Translations under genes and position numbers: made by a program | DNA from: the human T2T-CHM13v2.0 reference genome, Homo sapiens | Assembly (NCBI RefSeq): GCF_009914755.1 | Contig: NC_060942.1 | DNA: 64,000 bases | Strand: one strand, 5' to 3' | Part shown: positions 13,807 to 34,965 of the stretch, piece after piece | Layout: the number at the start of each line of letters is the position of its first letter | Position numbering within the stretch: the first letter of the stretch is position 1 | The notes under the pieces: model-generated | The model's database searches: none | Seen by the model: the letters and a program-made list of their open reading frames with translations, nothing else | Told to the model about the DNA's origin: nothing

Positions 13807-14994
13807 TTAAAATGATTGTTTTCATTTTCAAAACAATGTAAAAACATATCTGGCCCCATCCCAGAAATTGTGGACCACTGCCATGGTATAATACTACTTA
13901 TGTATATGAATAAACACATATATACTATACACATATATGTTTAATTGCATTAAACTGTCTGGAGACAATCACTGAGAAGAAAATTCCAGTGCTTACTATC
14001 TTCTTTACAGTTAGTTGTCTCATTTTAATTTTTAAGATAAATATATATATTATTTTAATAAGAAAATAAAACTTATTTTTTTAGAAAAAAAGAAAACAAG
14101 TAAAGCCAAAAAAATGATTTAGGGGACCCAGCCTACGCTGAGGTTTGACTTTGGGCCATGCCATACTTGGCCTCACAGTGCATATAAGGAACGTGAAAAG
14201 TTACTGTCTCTACTCTGAGAAATGTATTCATTGATGAGTTACGGAGGGAAGAAGACACCTTCTATGTAAAAGTTAATATGAATATTTAGCTAACATTTAC
14301 AAACGTCTAGAATTACTCAACTAGCTACAGAAACACTTTAAGCAAGCATTAAACATACTATGCTGTGTTAAAATCCTTAGCTTGGAAGGGCCAGGTATTC
14401 TGAAAAACAGAAAGCTTTAGAGGCAGGTTCTGAGTAACAGGCCTGAAGAATATTAGAACTGGATAGGACCCCTTGAAAACCAAAGTGCCAGTGCCTCACC
14501 CTGGATCGCCCAACTTCTGCTTGTCATCACATTAGAATAATAGGAGCTAAATAAAAATCTGTTGGCTGAATTCCAAGTTGCAGTTATAACCAAAGGCCAC
14601 AAAGTGGAAATGAGAACTGAGAAATTAAGAAAGGATGCTGAGGGCACTATGACTTATGTCTTCCATTTCCCCTCCAGACTCATATCAATAAATAATAATT
14701 TCTCATACCAAGAAAAGCAAAGATGACCAACACAGGAAGAAAATGACTCCTTAGCCTCAAAAAGATGAAGGGAAATAGAACTTCACCCCAACAGAGATGA
14801 ACTCTGACAACTGTGACATTGGTATTTCCAAAGACTTTCTATTTCCTTTCTAAATTAGCCTTTACCATTCTCAAGAAGTCTGATAAAATTAGAATACCCG
14901 ATTCAAACCAAGAAAATAAATCCAAACAGGAGGGAACTACCTCCCACTGGGTTCTCCTCTTAAGAGGCTGAAGGAGAGGAGTAAAGAAGGGATC

Positions 14995-15692
14995 TTTTTT
15001 TTTTTTAAACAGTCTTACTCTGTCGCCCACGCTGGGGTGCAGTGGCAAGATCTCTGCTCACTACTACCTCTACTTCCCAGGTTCAAGTGATTCTCGTGCC
15101 TCAGCCTCTGGAGTAGCTGGGACTACAGGCACATGCCAACATGCCTGGCTAACTTTTGTATTTTAGTCGAGATGGAGTTTTACCATGTTGGCCAGACTAG
15201 TCTTGAACTCCTGACCTCAGGTAACCTGCCCGCCTTGGCCTCCCAAAGCGTTAGGATTACAGGTGTGAGCCACCGCACCAGGCCAAAAGGGATCATTTCT
15301 AGGACATAGCATCCTGACCCTGGGAAGAAAAGAATAAATAAATAAGAATTCTTAAGGAAGAAACAGGATGTGGTTCTAAAAAGACAGATCTCAATGGCTG
15401 AGCGCAGCGTCTCACACCTGTAATCTCAGCACTTTGGGAGGCCAAGGCAGGAAGATCACTTGAGCCCAGGAATTCAAGACCAGTTTGGGCAACATAGTGA
15501 CACCCCATCTCTATGAGAAGTAAAAAATTAGCCAGACGTAGTGGTGCATGCCTGTGGGCCCAGCTACTCAGAAGGCTGAGCCTGGAGGATCGCTTAACCC
15601 TGGGAGTGTGAGGCTGCAGTGAGCTGTGACTGTGCAGCACTCCAGCTTGGGTGACAGAGTGATGCCCTGACTTTAAAAAAAATAAAAATAAA
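14995..15692. mobile_element. Head-to-head Alus: 14995-15284 (-) and 15396-15692 (+)
   Basis: Alu consensus in both orientations. Confidence 0.9.
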
Positions 15693-16467
15693 CAGATATG
15701 AAACTTCCTTAGGCAATCAGCCTGTAAGATCATGAGTTCAGCTGCAAATATTTTGAATTTAAGGTGCCTTTGAAACACCCAAGAAGAAATACTAAGTAGG
15801 CAACAGGATGTAAATTCTGGTCCTTAGAGAGTTCTGGACTGAAAATATGGATATGTACATTCTTCATGTAAAAGTGATAGCTGGTGTCAGGGATGAGGAT
15901 GTTTTTCTAGGCAGACTGAGAAGGGCTAGGACCAAGCTCTGAGGACCCGCAATATGGAAAGGGACAGAGAAGTAGCCAGAGAAGCAGGAAGAATCCAAGG
16001 GAGTCAGAGGGATGCAGGTTTCCAGAAGAAAGAAATGCACCACAGTGCTGAATGCTGTTGAAGAGTCAAGCTAGAAGAGGCCCAAAATTGTCCCCTAAAC
16101 TTAGTGACCCAAAGGGCTGGTGTCCTTGGAGAGAGCAGTTCCAGGTGAGTGGTGGGACTACAGGCAGATTAGAGTAAGAGGTGAGGGAATCATGACAATA
16201 TTTCCTTCGATGCTTACTGTAATTAACTTTATTCTGGATACAAATGTTTGGTGATCTGGGAGAAATGGCAAGACACTCACAACAGGGTCCCAAAGTCTGA
16301 AGCCCTGCAGGGGTGGCTCTGGGAGAAGAAAACCAGACTGAGCATAAGAACATACCAGGGGTTAGGTTGGTAGACAGTCTGGCTGAGGCAGGTGGGGGTG
16401 TGGAGGAGCACTTGGATGACAGTGTCTCCGAGTTAGACCTAAGAAGTATAGACGATTCTCTGAGGCA

Positions 16468-16655
16468 ACCATTCTCCCAGCATGGTCCCTGGACCAGAGG
16501 CCTCAGCATCACTTGGGAACACGAGAGACATGCAGACTCCCAGGCCCCACTCTAGACTTCCTGAATCAGAAACTCTGGGGATGGGTCTCAGGAATCTGTG
16601 TCAATAACAAGCCCTCCAGGTGATTCTGATGCTCATGCAAGTGTGAGAAGCATGG
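16468..16655. mobile_element. MER5A-like hAT-Charlie DNA transposon
   Basis: cagcatcacttgggaac...gaatcagaaactctgggg...aacaagccctccaggtgattctgatgc. Confidence 0.75.
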
Positions 16656-16866
16656 CTCTGAGTAAGGCAAACACACATCATGATGTGCAGGTGTGCAGGT
16701 TCTCCAGCTCATTTCGAGCCTGCAGAGCTTTGTCTCACCTTAGGAGTTGCTCTAATTTTTTTTCACCCACTATGAAACTGCTGTTCAAATTAAAACACAC
16801 CTTTGACGACAGACACAGGGCTTGTCAAGGGCAGTGAATACATTTTTTAAAAAAAAAATCACTTAC

Positions 16867-16901
16867 GCTGCTTGAAGACTTCAAGGGCCCGCTTCAGGGT
16901 G
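16867..16901 (-). CDS. PSTPIP2: PSTPIP2 coding exon 4 (35 bp, phase 2/1)
   Basis: Acceptor ttttttttag|C, donor AGC|gtaagt; encodes TLKRALEVFKQ(Q); phases bridge exons 3 and 5 exactly; absent from the ORF track. Confidence 0.95.
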
Positions 16902-17221
16902 CTAAAAAAAACAAGCACATATATAATTTCAGTTCTGGAAATTCTCTGCACAATCTTATTATAATGCCTTTGCATGCTTCTCTCTGCCCATATCTTAACT
17001 TAGAAACTACAGACCAATTTTTGCCCATGAGCTAGAGAGACAGCAAAAGACCAAGACTTCTTAAGTCCAGTTTCCTCAATCCCAGGCACAAGAAATTCTT
17101 CACTGTTCATTTGGGGAGAGCAACATGCCAAAACTCTTTGTGTTTCATTTTCTCCAATGATAGGATAGGAGTTATGATCCTTTTCTCATAAGAATACCAG
17201 TGATTCTTTAAAGTATGGCAA

Positions 17222-17339
17222 GGAGGCTGAGGCAGGAGAATCACTTGAACTTGTGAGGTGGAGGTTGCAGCAAGCCAAGATTGCACCACTGCACTCCAGC
17301 CTGCGCAACAGAGCAAAACTCCATCTCAAAATAAATAAA
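17222..17339 (+). mobile_element. 5'-truncated Alu with 13-bp TSD taaagtatggcaa
   Basis: Right arm only; TSD at 17209-17221 and 17340-17352. Confidence 0.88.
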
Positions 17340-17419
17340 TAAAGTATGGCAATTCAAAATATGAATACAAGGCAACAAAGGAAGGGTTCAAACCTAGTCC
17401 TGACTGCCTCCTTTTTCAC

Positions 17420-19300
17420 TCATTTACATTCATTTAGTCAATAATCATATATTTATTGACCATAAACCATGGGCCAGGCATTGTGTCAGATGTTGGTTAA
17501 TCAGTCCTACAAGACAGACCTTATCCCAGACCTCAGAGTCTAATGGAGGAGACAGACATTAAACAAATCGTATCCATTTTTCTATTGCTGCATGACAAAC
17601 TTAGCAGCATAAAACAACACACATTTATTATCTCACAGTTCTGTGGATTGCCAGTCTGAATATGGTTTAGCTGGATCCTGTGCTTGGAGCATCACAGGCT
17701 GCAATCAAGGTATTGCCCATGCTGCATTCTCATCTGGTGGCTTGACAGAGGAAGAATCTGCTTACTCAAGGTTAGTATTATACTTACCCTCAGCAATAAA
17801 ATACCTAAGAATGCTTTAACTCCGATTATCCTTCCTAACAAGTTATAAGCTTTTAATGTCCAATATTTTGGCTCCATTTTGTTTTTTAAATCACCCAAGT
17901 TGACATTAATACCATTTATTTACAAACTGTTTAGATTTATCCATATGTGCCATATTCTTTGCTCACTATTCTGTCTTGCACCTCAGACCTTTTGTCCTGG
18001 ATTATTTTCCTTCTTTCTGAAGTATATTTTTTAGAAGTTCCTTCATTGAACATCTGCTCATAGTTAACTCTAATTTTTTGTTGGATAACATCTTTATTTT
18101 TCCTTCTTTCTTGAAAAATAATTTCTCCAAGAAAAATAATTTTTCCAGGTTGATAATTATTTCCTCTCAGTATTTTAAAGACATAATTCTGCAGTCTCTG
18201 GCTTCATCATTGCTATTGAAAAAATCAGCTGTTGCTCTAATAAATGTTCCTTAGTGGGTAATCACTCTTTCTGGATGCCTTTAGGACTTTTTCATTAACT
18301 TGGATCTTACTCAGTTTGACTATTCTTGTGTACTTGTGAATTTCCTTTTAATTTATCATTCTTGGGATTAATTTTGCTTCCTGAATCAGAAGATTAATGG
18401 TTCCCATCAATTCTAGAAAATTGTCAAGCTCTGTTGCTTTAAAAATTTCTTCTCATTGTTTCTATTCTCTCTTCTGGAACTCAGCATTGACCTTCTCATC
18501 CTATTCTCCATGTCTCTTAATTTTTCTTTACTTTTAACCTCTGATTTTTTTTTCTGTGATGAATTCCAGATAATTTCTTTTCTTTTTTGAAATGTATTTA
18601 TTTACTTGACAAATAAAAATTGTATATATTTATCATGTACAAAATGATGCTTTGAAATATGTACTTTGTGGAATGGTTCAATAGAGCAAAGTTACATATG
18701 TATTACCTCATGTACTTACACTTTTTGTGATGAGAACACTTAAAATCTACTCTCTTAGTGGTTTTCAAGAATATAATACATTATTATTACAGTCATTGTG
18801 TTGTACAATAGATCTCCTGAACTTATTCCTCCTAACCGAAATTTTGTATCCTTTGATCAACATTTCCCCAAACCTTGTCCCCAGCCTCTCCTGATTTTTT
18901 CATTTCTAATTTTTGAATTCCCTCTTCAATTATAGTTAATGTGTTACTTAATGCATCTCATCTACTGAATTTTTATTTTAAGTATTTTCTATTTTATTTA
19001 TATAAGTTCTATCTGATTCCCTTTCAAAATTTCTTGAATACCTCTGAAAGTCACCCTACTCATCCTCTTAATTCACTCTTTTATTTTCTTTAAACATACT
19101 ATACATACTTGTTTTTTAGATCTGTTAGTTCTAGTATCTACAGTCTTTGCATGTCTAATTCTGCTATTTATTGCTTCTGTTGACACCCAGGACCACTCTA
19201 AACTAAATTTTTAGCTTAGGATTCTTCAGACCACTCTGATGAAATTTGGTACTTTGGAGCTCCAAATCTGCAAGAGAACTGGCTTATAATTACAGATTCT
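17420..19300. mobile_element. L2 fragment, MLT1-like LTR fragment (about 17570-17770) and minus-strand L1M fragments
   Basis: Degenerate consensus motifs, e.g. aaaacaacacacatttattatctcacagttctgtgg. Confidence 0.6.
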
Positions 19301-19364
19301 CAGGAGATGCAACCACTCCCAACATTCATAATCAAGGCTTAGAGAGGTATCTTTCGTTGATATC

Positions 19365-19616
19365 TTTTTTTTTTTCCTGCAACAGAGTCTCACTCTGTCA
19401 CCTACGCACCCAACTTCTGCCTCCTGGGTTCAAGCAATTCTCCTGCCTCAGCCTCCCGAGTAGCTGGGATTACAGGTGCCCACCACCACGCCCAGCTAAT
19501 TTTTGTATTTTTAGTAGAGACAGGGTTTTTCCATGTTGACCAGGCTGGTCTCGAACTCCTGACCTCAAGTGAGCTGCCCGCCTTGGCCTCCCAAAGTGCT
19601 GGGATTTCAGGCATGA
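19365..19616 (-). mobile_element. Alu with internal deletion
   Basis: Alu consensus. Confidence 0.85.
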
Positions 19617-20418
19617 CTTGATATCTTTTACTGAGATTTTTTTTCTCTGGTTTAGCCTTTCATTAAGACATTATTTATCTTTGGGTTTATAGGCTTTCTC
19701 TGGGATTTAAGAGATGAAGAAAAGCTTGAATCCAGAGAGCTAAGTGACCACTGAAAGACACCTTTGATTCGTCTTTGGCCTGGAACGATTTTCCTTACTT
19801 TCTTGACAGCATAGCCACGTATTTATTTTAAATTATTAAAATATATTTTAAACCAGCATTTTAAGTGTTTTACAATGGGAGGGCTTTCCCAATATCTAGT
19901 CTACCATGTTGTGGATATGGAAGACCATGACTCATTTTTCATTCCTTCTCTCAATCTCCCCCATCCTCTCCCTTATAATCAACTCCCCTTTGCCCATTAT
20001 TTTAGTTCTCCCCCAACCTACACTTCCTTAAGCGAACTCCCTCGGAGGTGCCTTGGCCCTGGTAAATTTCTTGCTCACTGCTACTTTCATGGAGGCTGAT
20101 CTCATGGAACTGTGGACTGTGCTCACTCAACCTACCCAAGCAGGGTTGGGATTTTGTAAACTCACGGTCCCCTACCACAGCAGCATAAGATCATGCATCA
20201 TTTTATATATATATGTATATATGGCAAATTCTACTATTTTAGAAATTAAAGGCCTTGTGTTTTCCAAGTGGCCCCTTCTTTCAGCTACCTTACTTTTCCC
20301 ACTCTATTTATCTCAAAACAAAGGTTCTTATTTCTCTCTGCCTTTTCTCACATGAACATTTGCGCCAGTTATTACAAATACATTAAGCAGGACAGCCTAA
20401 CTGCACATTCTCCATTCA

Positions 20419-20787
<369 letters not shown>

Positions 20788-21336
20788 GTGTCCATATCCA
20801 AACAAATGCACCAATGGTCAACTGAAATTAATAAATCCACTCTTCAGTGATGCTTATTTGTCTTCAAAGAATAGGAAAAAAAGACGGGTATGATAGGAGA
20901 TACAACTGGAATTCTCTCCCTATAGTGAGTCATAGATTGAAAGGCCAGCCTTACAGCTAAATTGTCTGTCCCAAGTTTAAAATTTTTCTCCCACCACAGT
21001 GACTGATTGAAGGGCCCCTAAAAGAGCAGCCCCATCTTCATTTCCTTTGTCATCAGCTTTGTTGTCTCCCATCATCACTTCATTGCCATTCCTCGTGTTC
21101 AGGACAAAATGACATTCCAGGAATGGAATCTGAACCATGGGAATGGTGGCGTAACAACATTCACCCTCTCTTCTCCACAGTGTTCTCCCTCACTGTGGAA
21201 AAGGAAACTATTCTACAACTCTTTTAAAAAGCACGTTGGCCTTAAGCCCTAACAGGTTCCATTATAGATTTGAGTCTCTCAGGGTAGCCAATGAGGTGGA
21301 AAATCCTAGCTAGTCCCTGGATAAGCAAAATCATCT

Positions 21337-21625
21337 GGCCGGGCGCGGTAGCTCACGCCTGTAATCCCAGCACTTTGGGAGGCTGAGGCAGGTGGATCAC
21401 GAGGTCAGGAGTTCAAGACCAGCCTGGCCAACATGGTGAAACCCTGTCTCTACTAAATATACAAAAATTAGCCAGGTGGGGTGGCGAGTGCCTATAATCT
21501 CAGCTACTCAGGAGGCTGAAGCAGAGAACTGCTTGAACCCCGGAGGCAGAGGTTACAGTGAGCTGAGATCACGCCACTGCACTCCAGCCTGGGTGACAGA
21601 GTGAGACTCCATCTCAAAAAAAAAA
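21337..21625 (+). mobile_element. Alu (Sg-like), TSD aaaatcatc
   Basis: Alu consensus. Confidence 0.9.
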
Positions 21626-22547
21626 TCATCCACTGTCTTCTAGAACATCTTCCTAAAGATCATGTCATGGGGTGACAAAAACAAGTCACCTAAACAGTGT
21701 TTCACTTCAGCCTTGGAAACAATCCCAGTTCTCCTATCTTATGACTACTTCCTCTCTGAGGTATACTCTTAGAAGGAAAACTGACTGGCTTTTATCAAGC
21801 AACAGAAAAGAACTGTGTTACAGTCTGTCTGAATTTACCAAGTAACAAGGCAAACGTCAAATATGTAAGGATATAAGAAATATCATTTCGGGTCAGATTC
21901 ATTCTGCTAAATATCTTTTGCAGGAAGTAGTAGAGAGAATACGGCCATTTTCCATCACATCACCTCAAAAGTTTTTGGGTATATTGCCAATGGCTTATGC
22001 TTTCTTTATAAATGAAAAAGTTTTTCTGGTCAACTGACCCACTTATCTTCCATAAAATGTTCTAAACCATTCTTTAATTACAGTGAAACTTGTCTAAGTT
22101 GATGTAGTTTGGACCCTTGGACGTGCAAATGTTTTACATATTCAAAAAATAAAACTAAGTCAAACAGGAAAAAGAAAACAATCCCTATAATTTAAAACAA
22201 ACCGAAACAAATAAACGTAACTATAAGTAAAATTGGTTACATAATCACACAGAGCAAATAAATGTTTAAGTGACCTATTATGGTCTAAGATCAAAAGGAA
22301 CTGAAAAGAAATGTTAAGCTCTATTTAGAAGTTTTATTGTTAGTAGCAATATTGATATTATTTTAAAACAATTTATATATATATGTGTATGTGTATATAT
22401 ATATATATAAAACCAAATAAAGCAAATAATTATACTAATATTGTTAGGTCTTCAATATAAGAGGAAAGAAATATAAACATAAAATTTTAAACATTATATA
22501 GAGCCCTATAAATTTAAATTAGAATTGTAAATATTAGTATGAACTCA

Positions 22548-22849
<302 letters not shown>

Positions 22850-23236
22850 AAATTTGGTTTCTAAATACGATTAATCATGAAAAGGAACAGAACCAAGTAT
22901 TCTTGGAGAAATATTTGATTCCAGATTTAAATTTAAAGCATTTACATTGTTAATAATTGTAAAATCTTGGTGACAAATATGAGTAACTGTAAAATCTAGG
23001 TGATGGGTATATAGCTATTTATTATGTTCGTTTTTTTACTTTTCTGTGATTTTTAAATTTTCATTTAAAACATCAAAAATATATAATTAGCCAATGAAAA
23101 ATAAATCTTCTTTGTACTAATTTCCTATGTCTGAGGGTAACAAGATTTTTAGGTTTATATAACTATTAATATTTTCAATATCTCCCAATGTTTTCCTCCT
23201 CAGTAGTTCAATACCTTTCTTTGTAGTCTAGGATGA

Positions 23237-24846
<1,610 letters not shown>

Positions 24847-25045
24847 GGAAGCTCTACTATTAAATTTGTAGTATAAATATATATAATATAGCCCTACCTA
24901 CGAAAAGGTGTACATATAAAAAACTTCAAGAAAAACTTAGAAGGTATTAATAACAGGTTGTGGCTTCATAGTCCACTTTAGCCATTTTTCTGCTTGTCTT
25001 GATTTTTCACAATTGAAAATAATAAAAAAAATTATAATTTTTTTC

Positions 25046-25475
<430 letters not shown>

Positions 25476-25578
25476 CAGCCAGCATACTTCAACCTCCTGG
25501 TAACTCTGTCTGCTGAAGCGAGGGAGCTCCCAGGCATTATTAACCAACCTGGAAACCAGAAAAAAACTTGATACATAC

Positions 25579-25656
25579 TTGATTTCAGACTGTCCACACG
25601 GCTTCTTCCTAGAGAGGTTGAGCAGATCTTTGCCATACCTCTCTTCAATTGCTGCC
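25579..25656 (-). CDS. PSTPIP2: PSTPIP2 coding exon 3 (78 bp, phase 2/2)
   Basis: Acceptor ttcccctag|G, donor CAA|gtatgt; encodes AAIEERYGKDLLNLSRKKPCGQSEI(N). Confidence 0.96.
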
Positions 25657-26746
25657 CTAGGGGAACAGAAGAGAGGGTTATGGGTCCTTCTCAGAGCTGA
25701 CTCTTTGTTAAGACACAATGACCCTCCCTTGGAAAGCAAAACTGCACCTGTGACCATAGAAGCTCAGATACAACACCATTCTCTAAAATGCAAGACTCCC
25801 TCTGTATGATAGGGAACAACTGTAAAAAGATCGATGGCCCTCATCTCTATGGTGGTCTTCTCCAGCTGGAAGTCCCTAACATGGACATTATGCGAACATT
25901 ACAGTAAAACTGAACATTTGTTTAAGTGGAATAAGAAATGCCCAACCCTCCTCCATCTTTTCTAAGAGTGCCCTTTACCATGCTATAGAGCCCTTCATTC
26001 ACAAGCAATTCAAATACGCAACTAAACTGTACCAAAGGAAGGGGGATTTCAGGAAAGAAACTCTGCAGTCAGCATGCCCTATAAAAACACTGATTGTTAC
26101 TCAGCATTGCAGGGTCGGTCTCAGCACTAAACATCCTCCTTCCCCTTCCCCTCTCCCCACTGCTTTTTGTCACCATCTCCACTTCTGTCTCAGCCCAGCC
26201 TTATATAAACCATACGATTAGGACAGAGTGATTTAGGCTCATCTACCCTACTTTTTTCTTCAGATTTAAAAAAATTATATAAGTAATAAATGAATATATC
26301 CTCACGGTAAAAGACTGTAACACCACAAAGGTAGACAGTCTAAAACACGCCAGCACCTTCCCACTCTCTTCCAGCTCCACTGCTCTCCCCAGGGGCAGCC
26401 ACTGCCAAGGTTAATAGTTAGCTTTCCAGTCCCTTTTCTCTGCATTTACATGCCCATATCTCACATATACACATATGTGTAACTTTCATGTTTATGTAAT
26501 TGAGATCATTCTATTATTTGCTGTTCTGTTTTTCACCTAGTAACACATCATATAGAATGTTCCTTATCAGCACATAGGGATCCACCACATTCACAATATG
26601 GAGTTCTCTGTAGTACAAAGTCTCCTGAGTTATTTCCAGTTTTCACTACCACTAAAAAAAAAAAAAAGAAAGAAAGAAAAGAAAAAAGAAAAAAACCTAA
26701 ATGAACATCTGAACATCTGTGGACATATATCCACGGGCATCTCTGA

Positions 26747-27064
<318 letters not shown>

Positions 27065-27557
27065 TAGGTCAGGGGAAAGAATGCATTTTAAATTTTTGAA
27101 AAATAGTGCCAAAGTGTCCTCCAAAAAAGTCTTCTCAATTTCTACTTCCACAAAAAGTGTACAGGAGCTCCCATTTCCAGGAATGCTGACCCACAGTGGA
27201 TATAAATAATCTTTTAAAATTGCTACCAGTGTGAGAGGGAGGTTGAAGAAAGGAAGAACTTCTTTTTGAATTTGCATTTCCCTGATTTCTAGTGTGGTTG
27301 TGCATCATTTTATACGCTTATTGTTTATTTGCATTTCTTCTTCTGTAAGTTATCATCCAACTTTTTAACTGAGCATTTTGCCTTATTCCTATTAATTTGG
27401 TAGAAGTTCTTTATAGACTATGTATATACAACTTATTCTTACATATGTTACAAAGTTTCTCCCATCCTGTCATTTGTCTTTTCTAAATAATGATTTTACC
27501 CAATTTATTAAAATGATACATGCTCATTACTCAAAAATAAACATGAAGAAAAGTACA

Positions 27558-29512
<1,955 letters not shown>

Positions 29513-30796
29513 GGTTCAAGGACATGAAGACTTGGGAGACTCAGAAGCGGAGAATGAAGCAAAAGGTAATTGTGCACCTCAAAAGAAGCCAATTTGGGTG
29601 GATGAAGAAGATGAAGATGAGGAAATGGTTGACATGATGAACAATCGGTTTCGGAAAGATAATGATGAAAAATGCTAGTGAAAGTAAACTTTAGAAAGAC
29701 AAACTTAAGAAGCGACTTTAAGAAGAATTCCAGCATGCCGTGGGAGGAGTACCTGCCTGGGCAGAGACTAATAAGCTGAAAACAACTTCAGATGATGAAA
29801 GTGAAGAGGATGAAGATGCTTTGTTGCAAAGGACTGGGAATTTCATATCCACATCAACTTCTCTTCCAAGAGGAATCCTGAAGATGAAGAACTGCCAGCA
29901 TGGTAATGCTGAACGTCCTTCTGCTGCTCAGATCTCATCTGTGCAGTTCCGTCCTTGTGCACAGATTGTGATGGTCGCTGGATTAGATAACCTATATCAC
30001 TATTTCAGGTTGATGGAAGAACAAATCCTAAAATCCAGAGCACCTGTTTGGAAAGGTTTCCAAACTGTAAGGCTTATTTTAGTGCTAATGGGGAAGAAGT
30101 TTTAGCCATGAGTACTCACAGCAAGGTTTTTTATGTCTATGACATGCTAGCTGGAAATTAATTCCTGTGCATCAAGTGAGAGGTTTGAAAGAAGAGTGAG
30201 GAGCTTTGAAGATGTCTCCCCAGATGGGTCCTTCTTGCTCATAAATGGCATTGCTGGGTATTTGCATTTGCTATCGATGAAGACCAAAGAACTGATTGGA
30301 AGCATGAAAATTAATGGAAGGGTTGCAGCATCCACGTTCTCTTCAGATAGTAAGAAAGTATATGCCTCTTCGGGGATGGAGAAGTTTATGTTTGGGATGT
30401 GAACTCAAGGAGGTGCCTTAACAGATTTGTTGATTAAGGCAGTTTATATGGATTAAGCATTGCCACATCTAGGAATGGACAGTTGCTTGTGGTTCTAATT
30501 GTGGAGCAGTAAATATAAATAATCAAGATTCTTGTCTCGAAGGAACAAACCCAAAGCCAATGAAAGCTATAATGAACTTGGTTACAGGTGTTAATTCTCT
30601 GACATTCAATCCTACTACAGAAATATTGGCAATTGCTTCAGGAAAAATGAAAGAAGCAGTCATTGGTTCATCTTCCTTCCTGTACAGTATTTCAAACTTC
30701 CCAGTCATTAAAAAGAAAACTATTTCTCATGTTTACGCCATGGAATTTTCTCTCAGAGGTGGATACTTTGCCTTGGGGAATGAAAAGGGCAAGGCC

Positions 30797-31132
<336 letters not shown>

Positions 31133-33435
31133 TTATAGGTTGCACCATTACTCAGACTTCTAAAGAGACTATTTGAAGTCCAGTTGAGTCACAAGAGAAG
31201 CCTGTCTTGATATATCGTCTCAGAAACTTTCCCGAATGTGTGATAATATATGGAAAATGGCTTATAGAGCCAGCTGTGCTTAAGAACCAGTAATGTCTTA
31301 ATAAACATGTGGCAGCTTTTGTTTGAAAAAAAAAAGTAAGAGGATAGAGATATGAAAACATTTTAACAATTTGTTTGTGTTTTTGACCATTTTTAGATGT
31401 TTGACAGCATGCCGGAAGTGTTAGATAATGAGCATTGTTGTACTTCCACCTCCTCAATATTGTTTACATTTTGTTTCATTTGTGTATAACATATTCTGTT
31501 CTCCAATCATATTTCCCCCAGTTATTTAGTCTGAACTATTTATTACAATGAATTTGAGGCTCAATAATTGTCCTCTTACCACAATTATTCATCCTGAAGA
31601 TTTTAATTTGGATTCATTTCTTGCTTGACTAAATTTTATCACTACGTAATCTTTTGCCAAAATAGTTCAAGGGTAGGAAGGGGGTTGGTATTCCCTGAGT
31701 TCTTTCATATTTGAGACTATTTACCTGTGGACTTTATATTGGACTGACAACCTCACTGGTATAACGAATGTTCTTAAATATTTCCTCAGAACTTGGCTGA
31801 ACTTGTTCCACTGGCTTCTGTCATTGTACAGAAGCCTGGGGCCATCCCAAATTTCCCCTGATTATTTCTGTATAGACAACTTGTTTTTTCCTTCCTTGAT
31901 ATTTGAAGAATTCTTTATTTAATTCAATAACTTAGCCAGGATGTGTGTTAACATTGATCCTTATGTAATCATAATCAGTATTGATTACTGTGTATCAGAG
32001 TTTCCTGGTTCATAGTGTGCCCTTCAGATCTATTTAGTCCTTCCTTTCATGACATTTTTCCTGTATTATATCTCTGAATACTTCCACTATTCCTTTGGGT
32101 AAATTTTCTACTTGGGATCAGTTATCCACATGTTGGATTGGCTTTGTTCTTGAGTTATGGGCTCTGGTTCTTTGTTGCTTTTGCCTTGATATATTTCTTC
32201 ATTCCTTCCTTCTCTCCTTTTTTGGTGGAGGTGCATTTGCATGGCTGTTATGTGATTTGGCTTCATCTTGCTCCTGGTACTGTGGGCAGCCCTATCTACT
32301 TGCTCTGAGACCATGCAAGTGATTTCTCCTTCATGCCTTTCTGGTCTTAGACAGTACTCAGTACTACAGTTTGAGCAAGAAACCTGTTTCTTCTCAGGCC
32401 TCTATTCTTCGACTCTACTTCTAAAGATTTTCCAGCTCCTGACAATGTAAAGTGCACCTGAAGCTGACTCTAGTTATAGAAAAAGATGCATCTTAACTCC
32501 CTAGTAACTGTTTCTAACTTTCTGAATCTCTGTTCACTGTATCTATATAAAAATGTATAACATGCTACAATGAACATTTAATATTTTTACATGTAAAAAG
32601 ATGTTCAGTCCATTTTCATTTTTAAAAATATATAATATACAGGCATTTTATCCTTTTAGCCGCAGAATTATATCCATTAAGATTTCTTTAGACTCTTTTG
32701 TTGTTTCCAAGATAAGAAGTCACTCACTCAGTTTCTTTCTTGTAAGAGGAAGACATCGTGAATCTAAACATACCATAGGCCACATCTTGTTCCCCATGAA
32801 ACAAGATGTTCTCCTAGAACCCGGGAAGTAATGAGTTCCAGCAAGCATCATGGTGTGCTTTTTGGAGAAAAGAAGGAGCTTTAATGGAAGTGAAACTAGA
32901 ATCTCAGCCTCATAAAACCAGGGAACAACCACTGAGGTTGAGAGGGTATTTCCCCGTAAATGGGAAGCAATGGGTCCAGGCAGGCAATGAAGGAATTACT
33001 AGAACATCACATAAATCACGCTTGAATAAGTAGGCCTTTAACTAGATCACCCTCCTACTACCTATCTGAATTTTTCTGTCTCATCTGATCATCAATTTGT
33101 CATTTACTGAACATCCACCATGTGCCAGGCATCGTACTAGGTGCTAAGAACACAGAGATGACTGAAATATGAGACCTGCCTAGTGGTGCTCATAATCTAG
33201 CAGAGGAGAGAGATGCAAACCAATATTTTAGTTTACTACCATGTAACAAGGGCCAGATGAAAATGTACAAAATAGTACAGGAAACAGAAGAGGCAATACC
33301 ACACCTCTTGCACTTAGCTGGCTACGCTTCACAAAGCTCTCCTTAAAAACCCCAACTCCCTTTGACCTCGCTTCTATCCAAATTCCCAGACCAGGAATAA
33401 TCCATGTGCCATTTTCCCTTCAGCAACCCATGACA

Positions 33436-33773
<338 letters not shown>

Positions 33774-34199
33774 TAACCCATGACAAACATCATCAGATAT
33801 GGCCTTTTCCATCAGGTCTGAAAGCAGCCTCAGGATGATCCTCAATCTAGTGCTCCAGGTTGCCCCAAAATCAGAGTGAACTGAAAAGATGAAATCCTTT
33901 TGCCATAAAACCTAACACTTAAATATTTTGCTCAATTTTACTGTATATGCCATTCACAGCACCTCAACTGAATGATAAGTTCCTTGGGAAGACCCATGTT
34001 ATTAGATCCAAGGGGCTCTCACAGAACATCTCATACAATCCAAATTTTATGGCTAACGAAACTGGAACCTAGAAAGGTCTAGGGCCTTGAATAATATCAG
34101 CACTGGCCAGTGAGGAAGCCAGGATTAGAAGGCCACCCAGGTGTCTAAACTCCCATCCCGATACTCTATTTCCCATGATGCTCTCAGCTTCCAGTACAT

Positions 34200-34965
<766 letters not shown>
